A stretch of 64,000 bases of DNA from Vulcanimicrobiaceae bacterium (lineage in GTDB: Bacteria; Vulcanimicrobiota; Vulcanimicrobiia; Vulcanimicrobiales; Vulcanimicrobiaceae): contig DASXGW010000013.1 of NCBI GenBank assembly GCA_036488875.1, positions 105,281 to 169,280 on the forward strand, read 5' to 3'. Positions within the stretch are counted from its first letter, which is position 1; every line of letters starts with the position of its first letter. Under the pieces are notes generated by a model that did no database searches, was not told the origin of the DNA, and was given only the letters and a program-made list of their open reading frames with translations. The position numbers were made by a program, and so were the translations under genes. Shown in pieces: positions 1-9,619 of this stretch.

Positions 1-1222
1 GCGGCGCGAGCGCGGCGGCAGCCGTGGTGTAGAAGAAGTTGCCGGTCGCAGTTTCGTCGGCGTTGACGTAGGCGATGCATCCACGCCGCAACGCCCAGTA
101 ATGCGTTCGAACGAACGAGTTGGAGCCCACCTCGCCGATCTCTTCGCCGTCCCAGCCGCCAATCTCGATGGAATACTTGGGTCGCCAGCCTTCGTGGTAG
201 ACGTATCCGAGCGCGCGCGCCGCCTCGAGCAGCGTTGAGATGCCCGATCCGTTGTCGGTGACGCCGTACACCCACGCGTCGCGGTGTCCGCCCAAAATCA
301 CGCTGCGTGAAGCGTCTTCGCCGCGAAGAACGCCGATCGTATTCCACAACCAGATCCAGTTGTACGACTCATCGACGCGCATGTGCACGAGGTCGCGGCT
401 CGTTCCGAGCGCGTACGATGCGCCGAGTCCGCCGCGCCATGCTTGCGGACCCTCCGGACCGGCTACGTCCTCGAGCAGACGCGCGGCGGTAAGCGCGCTC
501 ACGGGCAGTACCGGGATCTTCAGCGCGGGTGCGCCGAGGCTGCCGCGCTGCACCGATCCAAGCGGGCGATAAGGGCCCGAGGGATACGCAACGCCGTGAT
601 CGATGCCGTCGCGGTCTGCCGGGTCGGAGTACAGGAGGACGCCGGCCGCGCCATGGGCCATTGCGCGGCGCGCGATGTCGCCGCGAAACTCGCCGCCGTA
701 ACGCACGAGCACGAGGCGTCCATGGACGTCGACGCCCGCCGACGTCAGCGCTCGATAGTCTTCGTCGCGCCCGTGGTTGGCGTACGCGAGCGGCGCCGTA
801 ACGTCACCCGAACCGCTCCATGCGTTGAACGGCACGCCCGCGTCGCCGCGAGACGCGTCGGGATCCTGCGCCAAACCGGCCTCTTTGAGATCGAAATCCA
901 CGTGCGGCTTCACGAGCAGCTGCAGCACGGCTTTCTTGAGAATCGGGACTTGCGCGTAGACTCGCTCGATCGACGCGTCGAAACCGTACGACGCCAACGT
1001 GTCGCGCATCCAAACGGCCATCTTGTAATCGCCGCTGCTTCCGGGATAATGCGCTTCCTGGTTCAGGCGTGCCGAGTCGTCGAGTGCACCCTGCGACGTG
1101 GGAATAGTAACGAGAAACTGCTCGATCTGGCGGTCGTCCGGGGCGCCGTTATCGGCGCGTGCGCTTCCAGCGGACAGCACGAGGCAGGCGGCGAGCGCGG
1201 CGGCGATCCAGCGATACGGCAT
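1..1222 (-). CDS. M28-family metallopeptidase, glutamate carboxypeptidase II-like (secreted); 3' end outside window
   Basis: Absent from the ORF track because its stop lies left of position 1. My minus-strand translation from ATG 1222..1220 (AAGGA upstream) gives MPYRWIAAALAACLVLSAGSARADNG (signal peptide). Further on it gives ILGGHRDAWVYGVTDNGSGISTLLEAARALG and IGGWDGEEIGEVGS, matching the Zn-ligand blocks of M28/GCPII peptidases. The frame stays open to the window edge. Confidence 0.75.
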   Translation of the reverse strand, partial: MPYRWIAAALAACLVLSAGSARADNGAPDDRQIEQFLVTIPTSQGALDDSARLNQEAHYPGSSGDYKMAVWMRDTLASYGFDASIERVYAQVPILKKAVLQLLVKPHVDFDLKEAGLAQDPDASRGDAGVPFNAWSGSGDVTAPLAYANHGRDEDYRALTSAGVDVHGRLVLVRYGGEFRGDIARRAMAHGAAGVLLYSDPADRDGIDHGVAYPSGPYRPLGSVQRGSLGAPALKIPVLPVSALTAARLLEDVAGPEGPQAWRGGLGASYALGTSRDLVHMRVDESYNWIWLWNTIGVLRGEDASRSVILGGHRDAWVYGVTDNGSGISTLLEAARALGYVYHEGWRPKYSIEIGGWDGEEIGEVGSNSFVRTHYWALRRGCIAYVNADETATGNFFYTTAAAALAP

Positions 1223-1271
1223 AATCCTTTTTTCGGCTGTCGCCGGTGAGGCCCTTAAAAGAGGGTTCCTT

Positions 1272-2342
1272 TTATCCGTCGATCGTGCGCAGCAGCGCCT
1301 CGGCTTCGCCGTTGAGACCCTGCGCGTAAACCTTCGGATGCGTGAGGTAGAAGAGCGACATGACCCGCAGAACGAACTCGTGCGGCCGTCGTTCCGGGAG
1401 CGTCGCGAAGCGGCGCCTGGCCAGGCCGGCCAAATAGCCGGCCCGCTCGCGCATTGTCGCCGGCGACGGGTAGGCGGCCGCGAAGTTGAGCTCGCCGTGC
1501 TCGCGATCCTCGGCTTGATCGATGAACGAGTCGAGCAGCACGTGAAGCGCGGCGACGGCCGGGAAATGCGCGCCGTACGCGGCCGCCGCCGAGTCGGCTC
1601 GTCCGGCAAACAGCTCGTAGAGCGGCGCATAGACTTGGAACTGCGATCCCGCCGCGCACGCGAACTCGTACCATTCCAAATCGGCAACGCGGCCGTCCTT
1701 GCGCGCCGCGAACCATTGGCGGCACGCGTGCTCGCGTTCGCCGGCCGGATAGTGTTTGTAGGTCTGCATCTCCGCGTATAACTGCGCGGCTTCGCGCAAG
1801 ATCGGCAGCAGCGCTTCGTGTCCGGCGATGCGGCGTAAGGACCGCTGCACGCGCGTGACGAGCCGCTCCAGATAACCGTTATCCTGACCCGCCGGTCCGA
1901 GCGCGTAGTAGTCGCGCGGCGACGCGTTCGGATCGAGCGCGTCGGCGATGGCCTGATGGAGCACGGGATACGCTTCGACCGGAACGTCGGCGTGGCGGTC
2001 GCACAGATTGTCGAGATAGTCGTAGATCGATTCGAGCGGCGCGATCAACTCGACGTATGCGCGCGCTTTGGTCCGGGGAAGAAAGGTCGCGAGAATGCAT
2101 CCGCCGGCAACGTGGTAGGCTTTGCCGTCGATGCTCGCGAGCGCTTCGTCGCGCAGGGCGTCGTCGCGAATCGAGCCGGCGAGCGAGCGGATTCCGTCGA
2201 GTTCCAATCGCGCGTGCGGCACGATCGTCCGTAAGAAGCGCACGATGTTCGCCGGGGTGAAGGGTCCGTCGTCCACGAGGAAGCGCAGGCGACCCGGACT
2301 GAGGAGCACGTGACGCACGGCCCATGCGATCTCATCGCGCAC
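1272..2342 (-). CDS. ytpB: Tetraprenyl-beta-curcumene synthase-like protein (YtpB / DUF2600 family)
   Basis: 356-aa ORF. Blocks DYLDNLCDR, EWYEFACAAGS and LHVLLDSFIDQAEDREHGELNF match, from memory, B. subtilis YtpB (DYLDNLCDR, EWYEFSACAGS, LHILLDYLIDQEEDLLEGDLNF). It lies 14 nt downstream of the glcE-like gene on the same strand. Confidence 0.8.
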   Translation of the reverse strand: MRDEIAWAVRHVLLSPGRLRFLVDDGPFTPANIVRFLRTIVPHARLELDGIRSLAGSIRDDALRDEALASIDGKAYHVAGGCILATFLPRTKARAYVELIAPLESIYDYLDNLCDRHADVPVEAYPVLHQAIADALDPNASPRDYYALGPAGQDNGYLERLVTRVQRSLRRIAGHEALLPILREAAQLYAEMQTYKHYPAGEREHACRQWFAARKDGRVADLEWYEFACAAGSQFQVYAPLYELFAGRADSAAAAYGAHFPAVAALHVLLDSFIDQAEDREHGELNFAAAYPSPATMRERAGYLAGLARRRFATLPERRPHEFVLRVMSLFYLTHPKVYAQGLNGEAEALLRTIDG

Positions 2343-2356
2343 TCCAGACCTCGGGC

Positions 2357-3577
2357 TTAGATTCCGCCGACGAAGCGGCCGGGATTGAGCGTACCGTTAG
2401 GATCGAACCTAGCTTTGAGTTCGCGCATGCGTTCGATTGCCGCGGGCGGCTCGCCCCAAACGTTGAGCGATCCGCGAAATGGATGCTCTCCGGCCAGGAC
2501 GATTGCTTGCGGCTGCGCGGCGTGCAGCGCCTCGTCGAAGGTTTCGATCTTCGCTCCAAGCGAGCGCGAATCTAAGTCGCTCACGCGTACCACGACGTCG
2601 CCGTTGAGCGCGTCGACAATCGTTTCGCAGCGAAGCTCGAACCGCGCCGCCAAATCGTGCACCCCCAGCGCGCGCTCGGCCGACGCGTCCGGCGTGCAGA
2701 GAATGCGATACGTGATCGATCGCTCGCCCAGCACCGCAACGTACGCGTCGACGACTCGCTCGAACGATTCGCGGGCGCCCGCGTTGATGACGCGCGTGTC
2801 GGGAACGCCCGCGCGCCCCAGCGCGGAACGCAGATCGCGCGTCGCGCGTTCGAGCAGTGCTTCGCTGCCCTCGAGAAGCGCGAAAATCCGGCCGTCGTCG
2901 CCGTCTTCGCCGTCGACCGAGTTGTGAAAGCCGTCGATCCAAAACGCGGCGGAGGGCCGAACCGGCAGCGATTCGAGAAATCTGCAGGCGTCCGCGCGCG
3001 TGCCTTCCGGCAGCGGTGCGAGGAACGCGCGCGCGCTCGCGGGCAGCGGCAGCGTCTTGAGATTGGCTTGCACTAAAACCGCAAGCGTACCGCAGGATCC
3101 GACGTAGAGACGGCTCATGTCGTAGCCCGCGACGTTCTTGACGACCATCCCGCCCGCGCGCACCGGTGTCCCGTCGGCGAGCACGGCCGTCGTGCCGATG
3201 AGATAATCGCGCGGCCGGCCGTAAAGGTGGCGGCGCGGTCCAAGCCATCCCACCGCCAAAGTTCCGCCGACCGTTGCGTCGCGCGGACGCGGAGCGTCGA
3301 ACGGTACGAACTGACCGCGCTGCGCGAGCGCAACGTTGATGGATTGAAGGATCGTTCCGCTCTGAGTCGCGATGGTGAGATCGGCTGGTTCGTAGTCGAC
3401 GATGCGATTCAATCCGATGGTCGACAGCGTAACGTCGGCGCGCGCCGGCGGCAGTCCCATCCCGGCGAGCGTGTTGCCGCCCACGATAAGGATTTTACGC
3501 CCGCCCGCGTCGCAGCTAGCGACGAGTTCGCCGAGTTCCTCGACGCTTTTCGGCGCGGCGCGCTCCGCGACGGTCAT
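2357..3577 (-). CDS. glcE: FAD-binding oxidoreductase, glycolate oxidase subunit GlcE-like
   Basis: PCMH-type FAD-binding N-terminus ([14 protein letters not shown]) and GlcE-like length. I moved the start from 3595 to ATG 3577, which forms an ATGA overlap with the upstream stop at 3574. Confidence 0.75.
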   Translation of the reverse strand: MTVAERAAPKSVEELGELVASCDAGGRKILIVGGNTLAGMGLPPARADVTLSTIGLNRIVDYEPADLTIATQSGTILQSINVALAQRGQFVPFDAPRPRDATVGGTLAVGWLGPRRHLYGRPRDYLIGTTAVLADGTPVRAGGMVVKNVAGYDMSRLYVGSCGTLAVLVQANLKTLPLPASARAFLAPLPEGTRADACRFLESLPVRPSAAFWIDGFHNSVDGEDGDDGRIFALLEGSEALLERATRDLRSALGRAGVPDTRVINAGARESFERVVDAYVAVLGERSITYRILCTPDASAERALGVHDLAARFELRCETIVDALNGDVVVRVSDLDSRSLGAKIETFDEALHAAQPQAIVLAGEHPFRGSLNVWGEPPAAIERMRELKARFDPNGTLNPGRFVGGI

Positions 3578-4959
3578 CCGGCGACTTCCGGACATCGCAC
3601 TCCGCTCGGAAAAATCTTGTCGGGATTGAGCATTCGCTTGGGATCGAAAACGTCGCGAACGCGCGCCATCGCCGCCAGATCGGCCGTCGAGTAGACGCGC
3701 GTCATCGCGTCGCGTTTTTCATAGCCGACGCCGTGCTCGCCGCTGATGGTACCGCCGAGTTCTACGGCAGCCTGCAGGATCGTGTTTCCGGTTTCGATGA
3801 CCGCCGCGACCTGCGCCCGATCGGTTTTGTCGTACATGAGCAGCGGATGCAGATTCCCGTCGCCCGCGTGGAAGACGTTTCCAACCGTAATCCGGTGCTT
3901 GGCGGCGGCCGCTTCGACCTCGCGCAACGCTTCGGGAAGCTTGCTGCGCGGAACGCACACGTCTTGCGTATAGTAGTTGGGTGAGATGCGGCCGGTGGCG
4001 GCGGCCGCGCCTTTTCGTCCCGCCCAGAGGGCATCCCGTTCGGCGCTCGTGCGCGCGCTTCGCCACGAAAGCGCGCCGTGCCGATCGACGATCGCGCGAA
4101 TGGACGCTTCGCACGCGTCCATGTCGTTTTCGAAGCCGGCGTTTTCGATGAGCAATACGGCGCTCGCATCGGTCGGATAACCCGCGCCGAACGCCGCCTC
4201 GACCGCACGCACGATCACTTTGTCCATCATCTCCAGCGCGGTCGGAACGATGCCCGCGCCGACGATTGCCGAAACGGCCTCGGAAGCCGCTTCGATCGAA
4301 GGAAACGCCACCACCCAAACCCGGACCGCTTCGGGAAGCCGCATCAGACGAACCCAAGCCGACGTAACGATGCCCAGCGTCCCTTCGCTGCCCACCAGCG
4401 CGGCGGTCAGATCGTAGCCCGCGTCGTCCACGGCCGTCGTGAAAACCTCACCGCGGTCATCCACGACTTCCAATGCGAGCACGTGGTTGACCGTCGTTCC
4501 GTAGGAGAGGCAGTGCGGGCCGCCGGCGTTGGTGGCGATGTTTCCGCCGATCGTCGAGATGCGCTGCGAGGACGGATCGGGCGCGTAAAATAACTGTGTG
4601 GACGCCGCGGCTACAGAGAGATCGAGGTTGATGACGCCCGGCTGCACGCGCGCGCGCCGGTTGCGCGCATCGAGTTCGAGGATGCGATTCATACGCGCAA
4701 ACGAGATGACGACTCCGCCTTCCATGGGGACGGCACCGCCGCAGAGTCCCGTACCGGCGCCGCGCGGCACCACCGCTGCGCCGACGGCCCGCGCGACGCG
4801 CACGACGGCGCTCACGTCGCGGGTGGACGCGGGTAAGACGACGGCGGCGGGAAGATTTCCGTCGGTGTATGCGTCGAAAGCGTAGGCGGCGAGGTCTTCA
4901 GGCGCCGTTAACACGGCATCTTGGCCGACCGCCTCGGCGAGGCGCTGGTGTAGCAACAC
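3574..4959 (-). CDS. glcD: FAD-linked oxidase, glycolate oxidase subunit GlcD / D-lactate dehydrogenase-like
   Basis: [16 protein letters not shown] block and C-terminal [12 protein letters not shown] block. The ORF-track start at 5157 would run through the divergent PilZ gene. In-frame GTG 4959 preceded by GAAGG gives 461 aa. The exact start is uncertain (TTG 4956 and ATG 5061 are alternatives). Confidence 0.8.
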   Translation of the reverse strand: MLLHQRLAEAVGQDAVLTAPEDLAAYAFDAYTDGNLPAAVVLPASTRDVSAVVRVARAVGAAVVPRGAGTGLCGGAVPMEGGVVISFARMNRILELDARNRRARVQPGVINLDLSVAAASTQLFYAPDPSSQRISTIGGNIATNAGGPHCLSYGTTVNHVLALEVVDDRGEVFTTAVDDAGYDLTAALVGSEGTLGIVTSAWVRLMRLPEAVRVWVVAFPSIEAASEAVSAIVGAGIVPTALEMMDKVIVRAVEAAFGAGYPTDASAVLLIENAGFENDMDACEASIRAIVDRHGALSWRSARTSAERDALWAGRKGAAAATGRISPNYYTQDVCVPRSKLPEALREVEAAAAKHRITVGNVFHAGDGNLHPLLMYDKTDRAQVAAVIETGNTILQAAVELGGTISGEHGVGYEKRDAMTRVYSTADLAAMARVRDVFDPKRMLNPDKIFPSGVRCPEVAG

Positions 4960-5008
4960 GACGACCTTCGGCAGGAAGGCGAGGCTCCCCGCACCAAGGG
5001 CGTCGGCA

Positions 5009-5530
5009 GTGTTTTCATTTCTCGGCTTCGGTAAGAAGAAGAAAGCCGCGCCTAAGAGCATGGTGCGCCCGAAGGCGGGCACCGGCCAAAAACGCAACGC
5101 GTTTCGCATGCCGGTTGAGTTCGAGGTCTCGTACACGCTCGACGGCCGGCCCGGCAAACGGCGCGCGCGCGCGAACGACCTTTCATCCGGCGGCTTGCGG
5201 TTAGCGACGGACGAAGACTTAGTGCGCGGATCGCGGCTCGATCTCGAGTTTCACCTTCCCGACGAGTTTTTATCGGAGATGACCATCGAGAAGGAAGTCT
5301 TCGAACAAACGCCCTTCGGATTACGCCCGCAAACGGTGAAGGTGCAGCCGCCCGGATTCAAGCCGATGCGCATGCGTGCAACGGTCCTCATGCCGTTTTT
5401 CGATCGCGTCGAAAAGAAGTTCGCGTACGGTGCGAAGTTCGGCGCGTCGGAAAAAGAGATGCAAGAAGAGCTGGAGCGCTTCATCCACATATGGCAAATC
5501 CACTACTTGCGCACCCGCAGGCCGGACTAG
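5009..5530 (+). CDS. PilZ domain protein (predicted c-di-GMP receptor)
   Basis: RNAFR followed by NDLSSGG matches the RxxxR and D/N-x-S-x-x-G PilZ signature. Alternative start ATG 5060. The stop overlaps the namZ stop in the palindrome ACTAGT. Confidence 0.7.
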   Translation: MFSFLGFGKKKKAAPKSMVRPKAGTGQKRNAFRMPVEFEVSYTLDGRPGKRRARANDLSSGGLRLATDEDLVRGSRLDLEFHLPDEFLSEMTIEKEVFEQTPFGLRPQTVKVQPPGFKPMRMRATVLMPFFDRVEKKFAYGAKFGASEKEMQEELERFIHIWQIHYLRTRRPD

Positions 5531-6753
5531 TACAAAAGGTACTTTTCGCGGATCGTTTTGAAGCGATCGAGCGCGGCGCTCCAACCCTCCACGATCTCGC
5601 CGGCGCTCTTTCCTTCGAGTAATCCGCGGCGAAGCGAGTCCGTTCCCCAATCGTGGGCGAGTCCCGTCGCCTTGACGTGCAACGCCGATGGAAAGAGATC
5701 GCGTACCGCGGTGAGGATCTCGACCGCCGTAGGCACCGCGGCGAAGCGGCGTTCGTCGAAGACGTCGAGCTCGACACCGGAAAGTTCGCGATCTTTCCAA
5801 AACCCCGCAAACGGCGACCATGCGGCCGGACGAAACCAGACGCCCGGAAGGTCGCGCGCGTTGAGCGTGCGCGCGAGGTGCGACCCGTCGATATCCGCTC
5901 CGCCCGCATAAAAGAACGGCTTGCTGTAGCCGGTACCGTTATTGACGCCGGCGTTGTCGATCAGGCCGGTGCACAGCAGTACGAAGCAGGTTTGCCAGGT
6001 CGGAACGTTGGGCGACGTTTGCACCCACTGCAAACCGGTGTCCGGCCAGATCTGCGAGCGATCCCAGCCGCGCATTTTCACGACGTGGAGCTTCGAGCCG
6101 ATCCCGAAGCGATCGTTGAAGAGCGTGGACAACTCGCCGACGGTCATGCCATGCCGCATGGCGATCGGGTAGAGACCGATGAACGACTCGTAAGCGGGTT
6201 CGAGTACGGGCCCTTCCACGAGCTTACCGCCCACGGGATTGGGACGGTCGAGCACCCAGAACTCTTTTCCGTGCGCTGCGGCGCTTTGCATCGCGTACGC
6301 CATCGTCGAGACGAAGGTATACGCGCGCGCGCCCACGTCTTGAATGTCGAAGAGCAATACGTCGATACCGTCGAGCATCGCCGCGCTGGGGTGGCGCGTC
6401 GCGCCGTACAGACTATAGACGGGTAAACCGGTTTGCGAATCGGTGTAGGTTCCTACCGATGCGCCGGCGGCACGGTCTCCGCGAAATCCGTGCTCGGGGG
6501 CGAAGACGGCTTTGACGTGCAGCTCGGTCCCGCGGTGCACCGCATCGACGACCGATTCGAGCCGCGACGTGACGCCGGTTTGGTTGGTGATGATGCCGAC
6601 CGTTCGGTCCGCGAGCTGCGGCCACACGTCGTGCAGCAAAACGTCGTCGCCGAGCGTGACGTTCGCATGCGGGAGCGTCTCCGCGCGTGCCGGCAGCGCA
6701 CGAGAAGCCGCGAGCGCGGCAGCTGCTCCCAAGAAGTGACTGCGCCGCATCAC
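5527..6753 (-). CDS. namZ: DUF1343 family exo-beta-N-acetylmuramidase NamZ-like, Tat/Sec-exported
   Basis: 408 aa with N-terminal MMRRSHFLGAAAALAASRALPARA (twin-arginine-like signal). Blocks VGIITNQTGV, FAPEHGFRG, DVLLFDIQDVGAR and WVLDRPNP are typical of YbbC/NamZ (recalled from memory). Confidence 0.8.
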   Translation of the reverse strand: MMRRSHFLGAAAALAASRALPARAETLPHANVTLGDDVLLHDVWPQLADRTVGIITNQTGVTSRLESVVDAVHRGTELHVKAVFAPEHGFRGDRAAGASVGTYTDSQTGLPVYSLYGATRHPSAAMLDGIDVLLFDIQDVGARAYTFVSTMAYAMQSAAAHGKEFWVLDRPNPVGGKLVEGPVLEPAYESFIGLYPIAMRHGMTVGELSTLFNDRFGIGSKLHVVKMRGWDRSQIWPDTGLQWVQTSPNVPTWQTCFVLLCTGLIDNAGVNNGTGYSKPFFYAGGADIDGSHLARTLNARDLPGVWFRPAAWSPFAGFWKDRELSGVELDVFDERRFAAVPTAVEILTAVRDLFPSALHVKATGLAHDWGTDSLRRGLLEGKSAGEIVEGWSAALDRFKTIREKYLLY

Positions 6754-7196
6754 GGATCGTCGGCGAAATACTTCGTTAAGCGCTCGAGGTATTGGGTGCC
6801 GGGAACCTCCGAGAGATCGGGAAAGGGTTCCCGCCGCTTGGGCCGCGGCTTTAGGCGCACCGGGATGAACGTCAACTCGTCCACGCGTGCCGTACGCCGC
6901 GAAGCCATGATCGCGGCGATTCGCTGCGCCTCCGACCAGAAAAGGTAGTGGTTGCCGCGCAGCAGCTGCGCCTTACGCATGCCGAAAGTCCACGACTGGA
7001 GGTTCAAGTCCACCAGCGGTGTGGGGGACAGATCGTAGAGCTCGTTGACGAGGAACAGCTGGGCCGTGTCGTTGCCTTTGGTGCTGTAGAGAATGCGCTG
7101 CGTTTCGTCGGGCTTCGGACGGGGAGTGCCGCCGTGCCACTCGATCGTCGCGAGATGCATGTCGGGAAACGGCGAGACCAGCAGCTTTTGTTTCAC
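6750..7196 (-). CDS. Hypothetical protein (148 aa)
   Basis: ORF with 4-nt overlaps at both ends (with mqnD upstream and namZ downstream). Amino-acid composition looks protein-like. I recognised no motif. Confidence 0.6.
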   Translation of the reverse strand: MKQKLLVSPFPDMHLATIEWHGGTPRPKPDETQRILYSTKGNDTAQLFLVNELYDLSPTPLVDLNLQSWTFGMRKAQLLRGNHYLFWSEAQRIAAIMASRRTARVDELTFIPVRLKPRPKRREPFPDLSEVPGTQYLERLTKYFADDP

Positions 7197-8035
7197 GCTA
7201 CGAACGCGACTTCCGCGCTCTTAGTAAGAACCCCCGCTTCCCGCGCGCGCGCCAGCAACGCCGCGACCGCGCGCATTCCGTCGTCGCCCAGGTCGTCGGT
7301 AAAGTCGTTGACGTAGAGATCGATATGCTGTCGCATGACGTCGTCGCTCATCTCGACTGCGTGTTCTCGGACGTACGGCATCACGCGTTCGGGATGGGCT
7401 CGCGCGAAGGCCAGACTGCCCCGGATGGCTTCTCCCAAGCGGTGGGCCTCGCCGTCGTCGATGTCTTTGCGGACCAGAATCGCCCCCAGCGGTATCGGCA
7501 TGCGCGTGAAGTTCTCCCACCACTCGCCGAGATCGGCGATCGCGATCAAGCCTGCGTCCCGATAGGTAAAGCGCGATTCGTGGATGATGAGCCCTGCGTC
7601 GATTTTGCCTTCCGCAACGGCCGGTACGATGCGATCGAAGCGCACGCGCTCGACGTGTTTCGGACGCCCCCCCAACGCCATCTGAAGCAGAAGAAACGCC
7701 GTGGTGCGCTCGCCGGGAATAGCGATGCGTTTATCGCGCACGTCCGCAAAGAGCTCCGGCGCATTCTCCGGGCGCGCGACGAGCAGCGGGCCGCAGCCGC
7801 GTCCCACGGCACCGCCGGCGCGCAAAACGCGATAGCGCTCGGCGAGATACGGCACCGCGCCGTAGCTGACTTTGACGAGCTCGAAGTCGCCGCGTTCGGC
7901 GGCCGCGTTGAGTTCGTCGATATCGGCGAGATGCGCCTCGACCGGCGGCGCACCGTCGAGCATGCCGTTGGTCAGCGCTGCGAAGATGTACGTGTCGTTG
8001 GGACACGGCGAATAGGCGAGGGTCCGAACCGTCAC
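7193..8035 (-). CDS. mqnD: 1,4-dihydroxy-6-naphthoate synthase MqnD (futalosine pathway)
   Basis: LAYSPCPNDTYIF N-terminus plus IHESRFTY block, about 280 aa as in MqnD. The first 95 codons of the ORF-track model (start 8320) are Arg-rich and overlap mqnB. GTG 8035 forms a GTGA overlap with the mqnB stop. Confidence 0.85.
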   Translation of the reverse strand: MTVRTLAYSPCPNDTYIFAALTNGMLDGAPPVEAHLADIDELNAAAERGDFELVKVSYGAVPYLAERYRVLRAGGAVGRGCGPLLVARPENAPELFADVRDKRIAIPGERTTAFLLLQMALGGRPKHVERVRFDRIVPAVAEGKIDAGLIIHESRFTYRDAGLIAIADLGEWWENFTRMPIPLGAILVRKDIDDGEAHRLGEAIRGSLAFARAHPERVMPYVREHAVEMSDDVMRQHIDLYVNDFTDDLGDDGMRAVAALLARAREAGVLTKSAEVAFVA

Positions 8036-8652
8036 GGCACGACTTGCGCTTCGGCCGCATCGACTGCGTCGAAAAACGCCCCCAAAACGTGTTGTAATCC
8101 GCGCTGACCCGCTTCGAAGCTCCAGCCGCTTCGTTCGCGGCTTCCGACGCGATTTGAAATTCCACGCAGCTCGATCGCGGGAATGCCCGCGAGCTGCGCG
8201 GCCCGCAGCACGGCGAAACCTTCCATCGATTCGACGCCGGCTCCCAAACGCGCGATCCGTTCGGCCGTTTCTTCGCTCGACGTTACGCGCGCGACCGTGA
8301 TGCCGCGCACGACGCGGCACCCGCGGTTAGCAACTGCGGCGACCAAGCGAATATCGGAATGAACCTTGTCGACGACGCGATGGCCTTCGGGCAACTCGAT
8401 CGGCCGGCCGTCTTCGAGGCCGAGCTCCAGCACCTCGTCGCTCACGGCGACTCCTTCGCCGATCTCGGCCGCACCGCCGATCGCTCCGGCCAGGCCGGCG
8501 TTGACGAGCAGGCGATACCGCTGCTGTGCCAGGGCGCGCGTCACGGAACAAGCGGCTTCAACCGGACCGACGCCGGTGAGGAGCAGCTCGACGTCGTGCC
8601 GCGGTTTCCAAAACGAAAGCTCCTTTTCGACCGCGCAGGCTAGCAGGATCAC
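8032..8652 (-). CDS. mqnB: Futalosine hydrolase MqnB (nucleosidase family)
   Basis: 206 aa with PNP/MTA-nucleosidase-like blocks (LLLTGVGPVEAA, VESMEGFAV). Sits directly upstream of mqnD. Confidence 0.8.
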   Translation of the reverse strand: MILLACAVEKELSFWKPRHDVELLLTGVGPVEAACSVTRALAQQRYRLLVNAGLAGAIGGAAEIGEGVAVSDEVLELGLEDGRPIELPEGHRVVDKVHSDIRLVAAVANRGCRVVRGITVARVTSSEETAERIARLGAGVESMEGFAVLRAAQLAGIPAIELRGISNRVGSRERSGWSFEAGQRGLQHVLGAFFDAVDAAEAQVVP

Positions 8653-8655
8653 GCG

Positions 8656-9234
8656 CTACGGTACCCCGATGAACTTGTGAGTTTGCAGCGAGAGGCGGAA
8701 ACGCCGTGGATGCGCTTTGGCGTGCTCGAGCGCGATGCGCACGTTTTTGGGCTTATTCCCTTCGGGCTGCAGCAAGAACGGTTCTTTACCCACGAAAGGC
8801 TCGAGCTGTTCCTCGGGAACCCGTTCGTCGACGATGAGCTTGACCTCGTTCGCCCGCTCTGCCATGCGCCGATCGACGCGTTCTTTGGGCGAGACGCACA
8901 ACCAGACGTCGTCGGGAAGCTGCGCGTAGATGGTACCGTTGGATTCAACGTGCACTCGCCGGCCGTCGATGCGCAGCGCGTCGATGAGCGCCGGCGTCTC
9001 GGCTTGGGCGAGCGGCTCGCCGCCGGTCAGAATCACCATCGGACAATCGCCGCCGGCGATACGAACGTCGCGAACGACTTCATGTACCGTCGCCAGACGC
9101 TTGAGCGAATAATCCGTGTCGCAGAAATCGCAGGCCAAGTTGCAGCCGGCCAGACGCACGAACACCGCCGGCGTTCCGGTCCACGTGCCTTCGCCCTGAA
9201 TGCTGTAGAAGATCTCAGCTAACGCAAGCATCAC
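8656..9234 (-). CDS. queE: 7-carboxy-7-deazaguanine synthase QueE (radical SAM)
   Basis: IFYSIQGEG and radical-SAM cluster motif GCNLACDFCDT, 192 aa. Overlaps the queD stop by about 20 nt. Confidence 0.9.
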   Translation of the reverse strand: MMLALAEIFYSIQGEGTWTGTPAVFVRLAGCNLACDFCDTDYSLKRLATVHEVVRDVRIAGGDCPMVILTGGEPLAQAETPALIDALRIDGRRVHVESNGTIYAQLPDDVWLCVSPKERVDRRMAERANEVKLIVDERVPEEQLEPFVGKEPFLLQPEGNKPKNVRIALEHAKAHPRRFRLSLQTHKFIGVP

Positions 9235-9595
9235 GAAAATCGCTTCGGCGCAAAACCGCGCACGAATTCGACGTTTCCCACAGCACCAGTTCGTCCAGTC
9301 CCGACAGCGAGTTCTCGAGCCGTTTCCAAATCCACATGACGATGTGTTCGGCGGTAGGATTTTCGATAAAATCGTTGAGCGTCTGGTGGTCGAGTACGTC
9401 GATTACGGTTTCGCGTACCAGGCGCCGAATTTCATCGAAGTCCTCGATCATTCCGCGCGCGGGACCGTCGGTTTGAATCGGGCCGCGAACGCTTACTTCG
9501 AGACGATAGGAGTGACCGTGCATGCGCGAGCACTTGCCGGGGTGATACGGCAGCACGTGTGCCGCCTCGAATCGGAAATGCTTACGAATTTGCAT
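9215..9595 (-). CDS. queD: 6-carboxy-5,6,7,8-tetrahydropterin synthase QueD
   Basis: 126 aa. FRFEAAHVLP and CSRMHGHSYRLEV are the PTPS/QueD Zn and catalytic blocks. Confidence 0.9.
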   Translation of the reverse strand: MQIRKHFRFEAAHVLPYHPGKCSRMHGHSYRLEVSVRGPIQTDGPARGMIEDFDEIRRLVRETVIDVLDHQTLNDFIENPTAEHIVMWIWKRLENSLSGLDELVLWETSNSCAVLRRSDFRDACVS

Positions 9596-9619
9596 GGGTC
9601 AACACCGCCATCGCGAGGA

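Noticed and set aside
383-1249. 288-aa plus-strand ORF covering the first 1.2 kb
   Set aside because: Its composition is Arg/Ala-rich and motif-free. The opposite strand encodes a well-supported M28 peptidase with signal peptide and Zn-ligand blocks, so this is a shadow ORF typical of GC-rich DNA.
1223-1271. Hairpin CGGC-gaca-GCCG with an adjacent homopolymer run between ytpB and the M28 peptidase, as a terminator
   Set aside because: The stem is only 4 bp. On the transcribed (minus) strand it is followed by A residues rather than U, and the run is better explained as part of the AAGGA ribosome-binding region of the peptidase gene.
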